NCBI GenBank assembly: GCA_010093745.1
Contig: MU005974.1
Coordinates: 1 to 64,000, forward strand
Origin: Piedraia hortae CBS 480.64
Taxonomy: Eukaryota
Reading direction: 5' to 3'
Length of the DNA: 64,000 bases
How positions within the stretch are numbered: the first letter of the stretch is position 1; each line of letters begins with the position of its first letter. Below the pieces are notes generated by a model. It saw only the letters and a list, made by a program, of their open reading frames with translations, ran no database searches and was not told the origin of the DNA. Both the position numbers and the translations under genes were made by a program. Positions 11,859 through 24,905 of this stretch are shown here, one piece after another.

Positions 11859-12749
11859 ATGTCCACACAATCAGATCAACGCGTCCTCTTCACAACCAAG
11901 GGCAAAATCGCCATCATAACGCTGAACCTCCCCAAAAAGCTCAATGCCCTGACGCAAGATGACTACCTCAGCGTGTCTCAGTACCTCCGCAAGATTGCGT
12001 TGATGGACGACATCGTTGTGACAGTGCTAACCGCCAAGGGGCGCTTCTTCTCCGCGTACGCATCCCTACCGCCATCGCCATCAAAACATTGATATTGACA
12101 AGTATAAAACAGCGGCGCCGACGTGTCGATATCGCGCGCAGGTCCAGATACGCCGGGCGAGAACGACACATACAAACACTGGCTGCATTCGTTTGTGGCG
12201 AACAATCTGAACACTACGCAGGCGTTTTACTCGCATCCGAAGATTCTGGTTATTGCGTTGAATGGCCCCGCTGTCGGGCTTTCGGCCGCACTGACGGGCT
12301 TTGGGGACTTTGTCTACTGTACACCGCACACGTACCTACTAACGCCGTTTTCGTCGCTGGGGCTGGTGGCTGAGGGGGGCGCGTCGCGAGGCTTCGTGCG
12401 GAGGCTCGGCATCGCAAAGGCGAATGAGGCTTTGATCATGAGTAAGAAGATCACATGCCAGGAACTCGTGCAGACGGGGTACGTGAATAAGGTGTTCGAC
12501 ACGAAGCCGGAAGAGAGTGACAAGTTTCTGGAACTGGTGTTGAATGAGATTGATGACAGGCTAACGGGAGGGCACCTCGTGGATGATAGCTTGACGAAGA
12601 TCAAGGAGTTGGTGCAGAGACAGGAGAGGGAGAGCCTCGATAGGCAAGGGGTGTATGAGGTTTTTGGCGGGCTGGAGAGGTTCTTGAGTGGAATACCCCA
12701 GCAAGAGTTCCAGAAAGTGGCGAGTGGGGCGAAGAAGCATAAGTTGTAA
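11859..12749 (+). CDS. ECI1: Peroxisomal delta3,delta2-enoyl-CoA isomerase (crotonase fold)
   Basis: Exons 11859-12055 and 12113-12749; FFSA|GADV, ALNGPAVGLSAA, PFSSLGLVAEGG; PTS1-like C-terminus KHKL. Confidence 0.9.
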
Positions 12750-12813
12750 GTATATGTATACATGGGAGAGTGGCAGGTTATCGTACATATGCGATACATG
12801 GGAATTATCGCTA

Positions 12814-13200
12814 TCACCAGCCCAGCCAGCCTTTTCTGCTTTTTTCAGGTTCGGCAAATGGCTGCGAGTGTTTGGGAGTTATTTCATCCAATTTATCGGT
12901 TGCTTCGCTCTCCAATCGCTTTGCCCTTCTTCTTAATCGCCGTTCTCTAAGCCTTGCCAGCTCCTCTTCGATCTCGTCTTTCTCAAAAGGGATCTTGTTG
13001 GTTTGCTCTGGCTTGGGCCAGAAGTTAGGGATGGAAAACCGCGACTCAAGGTTCGTGCCAAAGTAGTACATGATCCCAATGGGAAACATGATGTACAGAC
13101 CAAACTGGAGCATGTCAGTGCAGGAAAAGGGTCGCGGAGCTTTGCAGACCTTGAGGACCTCGAGGTTCCCTCCTCGGAGATAATTTAGCGGAGAGCGCAT
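12814..13200 (-). CDS. PET100: Cytochrome c oxidase assembly factor Pet100
   Basis: MRSPLNYLRGGNLEVLK|FGLYIMFPIGIMYYFG..FWPKPEQTNKIP; 45-nt GT..CTGAC..CAG intron at 13105-13149. Confidence 0.85.
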   Translation of the reverse strand: MRSPLNYLRGGNLEVLKVCKAPRPFSCTDMLQFGLYIMFPIGIMYYFGTNLESRFSIPNFWPKPEQTNKIPFEKDEIEEELARLRERRLRRRAKRLESEATDKLDEITPKHSQPFAEPEKSRKGWLGW

Positions 13201-13317
13201 GGCGAGGGCCACTGTCAATGTCAAGGTGAGGTTGGCGTCGGTAACCCTAATATGACGTCTCGCTTGCCCCGCATGTGTCACTGACGTAAATGCGTCCCCG
13301 CCCATATAATGACCCTA
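13201..13317. promoter_or_regulatory. 117-bp divergent promoter shared by PET100 and the Rab gene, with two CRE-like TGACGT sites
   Basis: Start codons at 13200 (-) and 13318 (+); TGACGTCT near 13253 and TGACGTAA near 13282. Confidence 0.5.
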
Positions 13318-14136
13318 ATGGCTCAACATCAACCCTGGGACTACATTGCGAAAATTGTCTCTCTGGGAGACTCTGGCTCTGGAAAAAGCAGTGTGAGTAA
13401 GACAAGCCCGTCTATTGGTTGATGGATGATTTAACTGATCTTATAGCTGACAATCCGGCTTTGCGAAGGCCGATTTGTGTCCCACCACGATGTCACAATT
13501 GGGGTTGAATTCGGTTCAAAAATCCTTCCCGTTGGTCCACCTGCGAGTTGGGAATATCAGATCAATAGTCCCGCATGTACAAAACGAGATGGAACAGAAG
13601 CGGTGGACCAGAAACATATGAAATTATCGCTCTGGGATACAGCGGGCCAGGAAACATACAAGTCGATCACGCGATCGTATTTCAGAGGAGCATCAGGGGC
13701 TCTACTTGTCTTTGATCTCACCAGGCGAAGCACGTTTGAGTCAGTGACATCATGGTTGAATGACCTGCGTCAGATTGCCGACGAGAACATAGTTGTAATT
13801 CTTGTCGGCAACAAGTCTGACCTTGCACCTCAGCCAACTGTCACGGTGGGGGATGCGATGAACAAAAGGCAGGTAACGCGAGAAGAGGCAGAGGAATGGT
13901 GTCGTGAGAATAAGGTTATGCAATATGTGGAGACATCAGCGAAAAGCGAGGAAAATGTCGAGCGCGCGTTCATCGAGGTCGCTGAGCGAATTTACCAGAA
14001 CATCGAGGCAGGAAAGTACGACTTGAACGACCGCAGAAGCGGCGTCAAGGGGCCTGGGGCGAGCGGAGGGAAGACGGTGCGATTGGGCCAAAAACCTGGC
14101 GCAGTGGGTAAGAGCAGCGGTGGGGGATGCTGTTAG
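13318..14136 (+). CDS. Rab2-like small GTPase
   Basis: Exons 13318-13392 and 13447-14136; GDSGSGKS, DVTIGVEFG, WDTAGQE, GNKSD, ETSAK; C-terminal GGGCC prenylation motif. Confidence 0.92.
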
Positions 14137-14394
14137 CCATCACGGGTTACACAGTGCAAGGGCGGGGCTGAAAACACCGGTCAGACTGCTGCAGGAGTTT
14201 GCATGGGTTGAGCAGAGTGCCTTGATTCGCGCGTGACAGGTGTAATAAATGACGCGCGCCCACTTTTCTTTTTTCCGGGTGAATCCTCCACACGCCAATC
14301 CCAAATCGCGCTAGCGCCCACCACAACCTCGCTACTGAGCCCCCCGGAGCTCCCACGGCCAAGAGGTCCTGACCGTCGTTCGCGCTCCTCAGCC

Positions 14395-15403
14395 ATGCCC
14401 GGCAAGACCGCATACGGGAACTTTCATGACTTTTGTCGCGACACGGGGAGCAGGCACTCGACGCTGCCGGTATGCAATCTTTTCAAGGAATCGCCAGTCC
14501 AGGGCGGCAGACGGCCGTGGTACAACGGATGTAGTCTTTTAGGCGTGCATCTGGGAGGAGGGCGCTTCCTGGCGAATCTGGGCTCCATCATTGTCGCATT
14601 TCTGGCCGTCCTCACAGCTCTTTTTTTGCTTTTCAGGTCCAATCGCAAACGTGCGGCCGTGGGGAGAAGGTAATAAGGACGGCGCCATGATAAGAACACA
14701 ACTAACTTTATCTCCAGAGAAATGCAGATGTTTCTCGGCAGCTTCATGCTTGTCCAAATTTGCGAAATTCTCTCCGTGGGCCACTTTCCTCTGAACAGCA
14801 GCGTCCAGAAAGCCTTTTCAGCCATACACATTGCAGCGATAGTCTCCACGGCTTGGATTCTTATGATTAATGCTCTAGTCGGCTATCAGTTACTCGATGA
14901 CGGAACTCCGCTGAGCATAGGCCTTACGTTCGGTTCAGCCGCTGCGTTCTTCATTGCAACGGGTTACATTGCGCTGGATACGGGTTTCGACTTCACACAT
15001 ACCTGGAACGATTCCCTTACCGGACAGAATCGCCATTACTCTCTCTACACGCTCTATTTGCTCCTGCCGCTCGTTTTTCTAGTCTTATTCTTTCTACTCG
15101 AAGCAGTGCTTGTGCTCAAGGTTCTCGGAGAAAAGCGACCAATGATCTATCTTGTCAGCGCGACATTGCTGTTTGCAATAGGACAGATATTCCAGTTCAT
15201 TGCTAGTCCGCACATTTGTCGAGGTACGCATGGAAAAATCAACGGCAGTCTTTTTGAGACACTGTTCACGCTTGCTGCGGTTGTCATGGCCTGGATTTTC
15301 TGGGATTCAATAACAGAAGATGACTGGTGAGTTTTTGAGCACCCTGTCAAGAACTTTGCTAACAATATGCAGGCCTTCAGCGACCGGCGATGGTACTTAT
15401 TAG
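14395..15403 (+). CDS. Chs7-family chitin synthase export chaperone (paralogue type)
   Basis: Exons 14395-14669, 14718-15326 and 15373-15403; GNFHDFC..TLPVC, RKRAAVGRR|EMQMF, GYQLLDDGTPLS, FWDSITEDDW; multiple TM segments. Confidence 0.85.
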
Positions 15404-15894
15404 ACATGACTTTCCCTTCTCCAGTTTAATGTTTAATTAGCATTCTGTTCCCACAACCACAGGCTATTCTTGTACTGTAGGTTGAATACTGGTCCATAGC
15501 ATGGATTGCAGCATTTCGAGATAAGACAGCGCCAGCCGTTGAAAATGACAAAGCGTGACCTAGGGATAATCGCTGTCCTGGACGAGTACACTGGAAGCCT
15601 CTGGTGAAGAATGGGACTGTAAAAGGTGGAATACAGTGAGAAAACAAACATTCGTCTATGCGTCCTGCACTCAGCTATCCATGGCTGTAGCTCTATATCA
15701 CGGATAAAAGTGCTCTTATAGTGGTGCAGTGCTCCACGACAACTCTGTGTGCTGTACTGGCCACTGAGTCTGAAGTAAACGTGAAAGGTGTAATGACTGA
15801 TGACGAGCAGTACGTGGGGTGATAGACGTGAACGGCGCAAACTGGCAGCTCAATACACAATCACAGAGATGGATGAGAGCTCAGAAGAGCTCAT

Positions 15895-15950
<56 letters not shown>

Positions 15951-15960
15951 NNNNNNNNNN

Positions 15961-16016
<56 letters not shown>
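15895..16016. repeat. (AAC)n microsatellite containing an assembly gap
   Basis: Pure AAC run interrupted by 10 Ns at 15951-15960; true length unknown. Confidence 0.97.
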
Positions 16017-16255
16017 ATGTTTATAAGGAGTTTATGTAATCTCTTCAACAAGAAGAGGAAAAATTTGCCACCCGAGGCGCCGATCATGCGCTAGTTGCGA
16101 GCTAACCCAACAGAGCAGCATGATTCGCAACAAAAACTTAGACGTGGTCGTTTACCGTCACACTCTGCAGCAGTCTTGCATCAATGTTGTACGCCACTCA
16201 CTAGCTCCGAACGCGAGGGAGATAAGGCCTCTTCCCAATCACTTGATAGACAACA

Positions 16256-16937
16256 ATGTCATCATCGCCAAATGATGCCAAACCTGTAATTTGCGCCTTG
16301 TACTGCTTCCGTCTATATCTAAAAGCAACTAATGTATAACAGCTCAGGGTCCAGCCCAGGCAATAATGCCTCGCACATGGCCGCAGCCAAAGCACTCGCC
16401 CACACGTTGCATGCTCACGGCTATAATCTCGTTTACGGCGGTGGGACCGTCGGATTGATGGGTGAGCTGGCACGAACATTGGTCTCCCTATCAGGCTCTG
16501 AAAGCGTGCATGGGATCATCCCCGAAGCTTTGCTGAAATACGAGGGAAAAGATATAGACAAAAGTACTTACGGTAAGACGACAGTAGTCAAGGACATGCA
16601 TACGCGGAAGAAGCTCATGGCGGATGCGGTGGTTCAAGGTGGCAAGGGAAGCGGGTTCGTTGCACTCAGCGGCGGTTATGGCACATTAGAAGAACTGATG
16701 GAGATCACCACTTGGCAGCAACTCGGCATCCATCAGTGTCCCGTTGTGGTGCTCAACATAGATGGTTATTGGGGGCCGATTCTGGAGTGGGTTCGCAATG
16801 CTGTCAAAGAAGGGTTCGTCGCTGCGCAGTTTAAAGACATCATGTTGGAGGCAGCGTCCTCGGACCAGGTGGTTGAGGATTTGAAGGGATATACGTACAA
16901 GGGGACAGGGTTAGCTCTGAAGTGGGAAGACGATTAA
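16256..16937 (+). CDS. LOG-family nucleotide 5'-monophosphate phosphoribohydrolase (lysine-decarboxylase-like)
   Basis: Exons 16256-16299 and 16343-16937; LVYGGGTVGLMG, DMHTRK, SGGYGTLEELMEITTWQQLGIH. Confidence 0.9.
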
Positions 16938-17721
16938 AGAATGGAATCTAAATTGATGGCCACGTGGGGGCTGTTTTCGGCGGCCCAGCTTCCTTCTAGA
17001 AGGATGTCAACGTTTCAAAATCAGCCGAGGCTTTGGACTGTCAGCCTTTCTTTTGACACACGCTCACGTTATCGCCCAAGCCTACGGAAATATTTTCTCC
17101 AGTCGTCGTCGGTGGGGGTCAACGGGACCGGCCGTCGCGCTTCTCCCCATTTGGCCTTGGCGCATGCGGGAAACAAGGGGACTGAACACGCTCCAGAGTC
17201 TCTACATTCCAGAGAGACGGGAGAGTGGGAAGCGGAAGATACATAGATAGGTTTCCAACGTGAGTGAGACTGCACCCAGGGCAGCGTTGCCTGCCACGGT
17301 GAGCCAGTCCACGACTCGGTCGCCCACAATTGCGTTTACGCAGCCTTTCAGGAGCGGGGGTTATGCCGATGCCAATCGCACGACACCTGCCAACATTCCC
17401 CTGCATAGTCTAACTTCTTCCCGTAGACGCGGGAGCGAGGCCGACGAAAAGGCGCGCCTGGCCCGGTCCAGCGCCGACTCTGACAGTCTTGACCTGGATA
17501 GCGACTCGGGAGACCTTGTCGACCAGCTCGCCGACGCCGAGGATCCCTTAGGACCATCTGCGCAAAGGTTGCTGCAGAGGCCACGGGGCAAACGAGTCGC
17601 ATTCGCCCGAGACGTGGAAAAGGACCAGGGCTTTGTTAACGCGAATCTCAAGCAGAGCATAAGAATCCCCAGTCCACCGCCCCGAAGACTCAACCGCGGT
17701 CAGAGATTACTTGTAGTCGCC

Positions 17722-19491
17722 ATGGCGCCCAACGATGGACCTTCTAGGATGCATGGGCTGCATGGAAAGAAGCTTATCTACTTTCTTTCCATCTTTGTCT
17801 CCCTAGGAGTTTTCTTATTTGGATATGGTGAGTGCTATTGAGTCAAAACGGATGAGTTCGACTGACCGCAAAAGACCAGGGAGTAATGTCGGGCATCATC
17901 ACGGGGCCCTATTTCAAGGACTACTTCAACCAGCCCACTTCAGCCGAAATAGGTACCATGGTGGCGATACTGGAGGTAGGAGCGTTGATATCGTCTCTGA
18001 TTGTCGGCCGCATTGGCGATGTTCTCGGTCGGAGGAGAACCATCTTTTACGGCGCCGTGGTCTTTGTGGTTGGGGGTGCACTCCAAACGTTTGCCACTGG
18101 AATGCCCATGATGCTCTTGGGGAGGATTGCGGCTGGTCTCGGCGTGGGTGCCCTCAGCACCATAGTTCCCGTCTACCAGTCCGAGATCAGCCCGCCACAT
18201 AACCGGGGAAAACTGGCTTGTATTGAGTTCTCGGGCAACATATTTGGCTACATGTGCAGCGTGTGGGTCGACTACTTTTGCAGCTACCTCAACAGCGACT
18301 GGGCATGGCGACTGCCGCTTCTCATGCAGGTCATCATGGGCGGCCTCCTCGCCGTCGGTAGCTTTTTGATTGTTGAATCGCCTCGTTGGCTGTTGGACAA
18401 TGACCACGACGAGGAAGGGATTGTTGTCATTGCCAATCTATACGGCAAAGGCGATATCCACAACGCAAAGGCGCGGGATGAGTTTCGCGAGATCAAAATG
18501 AATGTTTTGCTCCAACGACAAGAGGGCGAGCGATCCTACAGCGACATGTTCAAGCGCTACTCCAAGCGAGTATTTATTGCCATGTCTGCCCAAGCTTTGG
18601 CTCAACTGAACGGCATCAACGTCATTTCATATTACGCCCCTTTGGTGTTCGAACAAGCCGGTTGGGTGGGAAGGGATGCCATTCTAATGACTGGCATCAA
18701 CGGTCTGACCTATCTGGCTTCTACCGTGCCACCATGGTATGTCGTCGACCGACTCGGACGTCGCTTCATCCTGCTATCCGGTGCAGTGATCATGGTCATT
18801 GCCCTGTCGCTCATTTCGTATTTCATCTATCTCGACTTCAGCTGGACGCCCACGCTGGTGGTCATCTTCGTTATGATCTACAACGCAGCTTTCGGATACT
18901 CCTGGGGCCCGATTCCCTGGCTCTATCCACCGGAGATACTGCCGCTCAGCGTTCGGGCAAAGGGTGCCAGTCTGTCAACTGCTGCGAATTGGGCTTTTAA
19001 CTGGCTGGTGGGTGAACTTACACCAATCCTGCAAGATGCTATCAAGTGGCGGTTATATCTCGTTCACGCTTTCTTCTGCGCTGTATCTTTTGTCGTCGGT
19101 CAGTCTACTCAGCTTCGAAGCAAGATCAATGCTGACATGAATTGCAGTGTGGTTCGTTTACCCTGAAACCGCCAATGTGCGACTAGAAGATATGAATTCG
19201 CTGTTTGGAGATGCGACAACCGTTGCTACTCCTCAGACGATTGCTGAGGCCGAGTCTTTGTTCAGCGGCAACCGCTCGCCTTCATCATTCCGCTTAGGCG
19301 ATCAAGACGAGCCTGTGCCGGACATGGATCTTCAGCCTCCCGATGTTGAAATTGAGGATGGCAAGCCCCTCGTAGGAGACTCGTCCGAGGGCGTTGGCGG
19401 CTGGATCAGCAATATGGTCAAGCGTAACACAGGACAAGATGGGGGAAGCAGCGGCAAATATAAAAGGGTCGGACAGAACGATGCGGAGTGA
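17722..19491 (+). CDS. MFS sugar porter (monosaccharide transporter); may start upstream of this first AUG
   Basis: Introns 17828-17874 and 19099-19147; LFGY|DQGVMSG, GDVLGRR, PVYQSEISPPHNRG, ESPRWL, QLNGINVISYY, WLYPPEILP, YPET. The frame is open without an ATG back to 17251. Confidence 0.9.
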
Positions 19492-19694
19492 GTATTTTCA
19501 TAAGCAAGTCTAGATACAATACATTACATAGTATAGCAGTACATTGGTGTGGATATTCACTATAGGTTGCTGCGTTGGCTTGGCATGTGAAGTTTGTCGC
19601 GTGAGGTCTGAACAAGGCTGCGGGGACGGGGGCGGGCACGGAACGGACACAGCCGCGCCCGTGGGGTTAACGTTGGTCAAACAGCTTGCCAAGC

Positions 19695-21086
19695 ATGGCG
19701 CAAGGCGACGAGGACAAGGACGACAAGAAACAGAAGAGCAGAAGGCCACCGAGTGTGTATTAATCTGTTTGTGATGTTCAATGAGGCTTACAAGACGTAG
19801 ACACCGCCTTTCGCCAGCAGCGACTAAAGGCATGGCAGCCCATATTGACCCCAAAAACGGTGTTGCCGCTGCTCTTCACGGTCGGAATCATATTTGCACC
19901 GATTGGTGGACTGCTGTTGTGGACTAGCGCAAAAGTACAAGAAATTCTGATCGACTACTCACAATGCATCTCCAAGGCTCCAGCATGCCAGTCCGGAACA
20001 ACACCGCCCTCGACTGCCTACGTACCGAGTGAATATGTCCGGAGCATGTTCAAGAACAAGACGGACCCAGCCGATGCGCCGACTTGGTGTCGTACCACGA
20101 CCATGGATGCCCAAACCTTCGGCGGAAGGCGTAGGCTTAGGTCCAATGTCTGCCATATCCAGTTCCAAATACCCGACAACCTCGATCCTCCTGTTTTCCT
20201 CTTTTACCGTCTCACCAAGTTTTACCAGAACCACCGTCGATATGTGAAGTCCTTTGACCAGGATCAGCTCGCAGGGCAGGCTCGTTCAGGCTCTGATATC
20301 AATGGCAGCGATTGCTCGCCTCTCCAGGGAGAGAGAGGAGCTGATAACAAGTGGAGACCGTATTATCCGTGTGGCCTAATTGCAAATTCGCGCTTCAACG
20401 ATACGTTTACGCTTCCGCGCCTGCTCAATGCGGTGGCCAGTTCAGCAACTAATATTACCTACAACATGACCAGTAAAGGCACTGCTTGGGCAAGTGATGC
20501 GAAGCTGTACAAAACTCCACCCGGATATAGCGACTACTCGGAAGTTTTGCCTCCCCCAAACTGGCGCAAGGTCTATCCTGTTTACGACAGTTCTACGGGC
20601 TGGCCAGATCTTCATGGAGATGACCACTTTCAGACTTGGATGCGAACGGCGGGACTTCCGACCTTTAGCAAGCTTTATTTCAGAAATGACAACGAAACAA
20701 TGCAGGCTGGCCGGTATCAGGTTGACGTCTATGATTGTAAGGTTTTGAAACCGCTTTTGTGCCTGATGCTGACCTTTCAGATTTTCCTGTCACAAACTAT
20801 GACGGAACAAAGTCGATCTACTTCTCCACCCGCACAGTCATGGGCGGCAAGAACCCCTTTCTCGGGATCGCATATGTTGTTGTGGGCGGCCTTTGCATCT
20901 TGCTTGGCACCCTATTTACCATTACCCAGCTCATTAAACCCAGGTTTGTGTGCCAAGTTATTCTTCAGTGATAAACTGACGCAATGCAGGAAACTCGGAG
21001 ACCACGCATACCTGAGCTGGAACACGGATCAGCCATCTACGGCAACCGCAAGCGGTCGCGCTCCAAGGGCCGGCGAGTCCGCCTGA
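19695..21086 (+). CDS. CDC50: Cdc50/Lem3 family flippase beta subunit
   Basis: Introns 19753-19800, 20737-20780 and 20944-20989; [79 protein letters not shown]. Confidence 0.92.
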
Positions 21087-21849
21087 GGCTTTTTCTCCCG
21101 TCTGGTGCTTATGGAGTTTGTGGAGTTGTTGGTTTTGGTAATGATATGGAATGCAGAGGAGGTGGGTATCAATGTCGCACCGAAAAGAACTAGTCACCCA
21201 AGCAGTTATGTGGACCCGCACGTGAGCGAGTCTGACGGTGAAGAGTGCGTCTGAAACGGGGATTTTGTAGCGGTTCGAACGCCATTGGTATTGTCGTATT
21301 CGAGGGCACTGTGTCTCTGCCACATGGAGGCTTGTAAGCATTCCTGAACCGCGCGTCGCCACAGCGGCTTCGCGTAACAAAAGCTTTTCGCAAGAATAGC
21401 TTCTTGCTGAGAACCAAGTAACCGTTCAAGATAGTGTACAAAATCGAATATCAATACCATCATTGATCAGTAAAAGAGACCTTGTTTCAAAAGGGAAAGC
21501 TAGGAGCACGTTGAAAGTATATGCAGAAGATCGAAATCGACGGCTCATGTGTCCTGAGGTGTGGCCGAGACCACCACGGAATCCCAAATTGGAATCCCAG
21601 AAACCAGGGTGAGGACATGTCAAGAGGCCTTCAAACGTGAACGCCCTGTTTTCTTGCATTCCACCACAATAGCGCTAGAGCACATATTCCCCAAAAACAT
21701 GACAACAAGAATCCTACTTTTAGTCCAACTCGATCGCACATCATGTTCAGAATTCAACAGCGGCAATCACATCAGAAGCAGCTTCAACGAAACCATCTTA
21801 TTCGTTTCACCAACACTTGTTTTAGCAGCACTTTGACCAGATTTCAAAG

Positions 21850-22937
21850 ATGAAGACACTCGTTTGGATTGCGGCCAGGTTCGCAACTGCATCAGAAATG
21901 GTAGCCAACCAGACTCTCGTGATGAAGCCCACGACGCCGCACTCAATGCTCTCGCCCGGGGCGAGGGTGAGACTTTCAAGGGAAACAACATCTCACACTC
22001 AAACGAAGCGCCTGAAACCGATCCCCACTCAACCGACATAACCACTGCGGAGAGCAACACAACCTCTTACGAATCCGCACCCATCGACCCTCACTGCGGC
22101 TGTCAAGTGCATACCGGGAGTGCATCGCCCGAGTACTTTCAACCGATGGAATGATAGCACAACAACTCACGCATTACGGAGCGTAGCACCCAAACAACAC
22201 CCATCTCCATCAACCTGTACATGCACATCATAACCGGCACCTCAGACCAAAGTCAGCTCTCCTATCCCCGTCCACCCCCCCTTCCTAACCCCAAACCCAC
22301 AGATAGTATCACACGCGACATGGCCAACGCAAAAGCGGCTGCCATGAACACCTTATACAACAACTACGGCATAACATTCACTCTACGCGACGTCAGCTTC
22401 GCGATAAACGATGCCTGGGCCGCCGGCGACGACTCAACCCTCGACACAGCCAAAGCCGCCCTCCGCAAGGGGACCCACGCCATCCTGAACATCTTCTTCC
22501 ATAGCCAGCTCGCCGGTGGCAAGATGCTGGGAACGTGCACCCTGCCCTCTAAAGTCTATGCTGGGGCCGCCGCATCCGTGTACTCCAACAACGGGCGCAA
22601 CGTCAACGCCCACACCATGCCCGGCGGGACAATGAGCGGGTAGAATAAAGTCATGGTGGCCATGCATGAGACAGGCCACTGGCTCGGCCTCCTGCATACC
22701 TTTGAAGGATACTCTTGCGACGGCAACGGGGATTACATCGCAGATATCCCGCCTTAGAAAGAAAGCACGGATGGATGTCCCAAAGACACGGCGTCGATTT
22801 CTTGTCCTGAAATGAGTACCAGCGATAATACTCATAATTATATGGATCATTCGAGTGATGTGTGTTATTCGGCTTTCACGAATTGACAGCTCGGCAGGGT
22901 TAGAGATATGTGGACGCAGTTTAGGAAGGGCATGTAG
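21850..22937 (+). pseudogene. Pseudogenised secreted M43 (pappalysin-type, Mep1-like) zinc metalloprotease
   Basis: [15 protein letters not shown] zinc motif and HNYMD Met-turn; in-frame stops at 22641, 22755 and 22884; frameshifted 5' part; intron 22252-22302. Confidence 0.88.
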
Positions 22938-23530
22938 ATTTTGGGCTTGAGTGGTGGAAGGGTCGCTTCGCAAGAATGTTTATTGTTTTTGTATTTTCTC
23001 TTGGGTTGTGGGTACTTTGGGCAATTGGGTTTGATATAGGTTTTTGGGGAAGATGTATGCACTTCATTTCTTGTAGAGGTTTTCATTCTCGCATGGTCGC
23101 AGATTGCTTCTTTCATGTCGTGGATATTTCCATTGTCCGGATATACATATGCTGTAACAAATTTCTACTAATGAGACCAGAGTCAGAATTGTGCTTCCGC
23201 AAGGTTATTATTGGTCACACAACAAGGTTTGCATAACCTCATCAGGACACCCATGATACTTTTCTCTTGGGCACAGCAACGAAAGTAAACCAAGAACCTA
23301 GCGTCTGATCGAGCTTTCAGCTTCATGAGTAATGGATTAGTAGTTTTCGGTCTATCGAAATAAAGTTTTCAGTGCGTGGCGCTAACGGTCCGCGCCGGAC
23401 CGACCACACTCTAATTTTCACAAGCTTTACCCACCTTGTGGGATGACAGCTGGAAATTTTCAAAAATTTCCACCTTCTTCCATATCAAAACATTTCATAC
23501 CCCAGCTAGGATCTCATACTAAACATTACA

Positions 23531-24728
23531 CTACAACGTCGCGGTGGGGAAATAATACTGATCCCACAAGAAATCATAATCCTCCACAATGCCCCCCACC
23601 AGATCCAGTAGCGGCCACTTCTTCAACTTTGTCGCAACAGCCATTAACATTCCTTTTGTGAAATTCTCATAAAACGCGCCCCGCATGGTCCACCACCACA
23701 GGGCCCTGCCCCTGCGTTGGAACTCCTCCCTTTCAAGCTGCGTGAGACTTCTCTTCCCGCCGGGTCTTCGTTTTTCGAGTTCGTATTTGGCGAGTTGGCG
23801 GGCTCCGAATTCGATTGCTAGCCCGATGAGCCAAGGCCGCCAGTCGGTTTTCGCGGCTTTTCGCCCGTGGCGGCTCCAGTAGGCCATGGCTAGGGCGTAA
23901 AAGACGGGGCGGAGGATGTAGACAGTCTCGGCTGCACCGCCGAGGCCGGAAACGCGGTGTAGGAGGGCCTGTGGTGGTCGGATGTCGTCTGCGGCGAGGA
24001 CGCGAGAGCGGAGGTACGCTGGGATGTCGTCTGCAGCAGGTAGGCTAGGGAGGGTAAGGGATGTTCGGGGCATTTTCCACCGCGAATCGGGGTTAGAGAG
24101 GGTGCTTTCGGTGGGGTCTTCGAATGATCTGATTGGGTCCATAGGTTCGCGTTCGGGAACGGGTGGGCTTAGTAATGGTCGTGAGTTGGTTAGACGCATG
24201 AGAAGGAGTCGGCAGATGGCTTTGATGGATTCTAGGAGGATGACTAGTCGCCATCGGGCTTGTTCTCCACGTCTTGAGGCTGCCATTTCGAGCAGCAGTT
24301 CCGTGTATTGGACGACTTGCAGCATGATGGCGGTGCGGCGGTAGGTTGGGCTTTGCTGGAAGTAGAAGCGCGTGTATCGGTTGTGAGGCGGTTGGTAGAG
24401 CTTGGTCGAACGTGGCGACTGGGCGGCGGATCGGGAGAGGAGGCAGTCATGGTAGAGGGAGAGCAGCTGTACGCCGGCGTTGACTGATTCTGACGCAACT
24501 TCGGATTCACGGAAACGGCCTGGAGAGAGCGTCAGCGCGGTGTCCGAGCGGGAGCATGTCGCGGCGCATACCAGGAAGAATGTAAGTCAACGACCGCAGG
24601 GCGCCCTCAATTTGTCCAACAGCGCCGGCGTTCTTGGTAATCAGATCGTCGTACTTTTGCAGCCATTTGGGTGGAAGCGCGACCATGTCGTGCGTCTGGT
24701 GCACCGCCTGCTTGACGCGGTCCATCAT
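23531..24728 (-). CDS. PEX16: Peroxisomal membrane biogenesis protein Pex16
   Basis: Intron 24520-24571; KNAGAVGQIEGALRSLTYILPG|RFRESEVASE, HNRYTRFY, ELLLEMAA, YILRPVFYAL, MRGAFYENFTK. Confidence 0.9.
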
Positions 24729-24905
24729 TGGGGGCGATGGATGGACAGCCGAGGCAGCAGGCGGAATGAACGGTGGAGGGGCTAGCCGCGTTGAGCGATG
24801 TGGGTCTCGTCCCGTCCCTCAACGTCCCGTTCCGCCCCCGCATCGCTCCGCTGCTCCGCTGTGTCTTGGGATTGGCCGATCGACGGCACCTCTACCAGCA
24901 CCACA

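Noticed and set aside
15800..16087. Poly-Thr and poly-Cys ORFs
   Set aside because: Translations of the (AAC)n microsatellite spanning an assembly gap.
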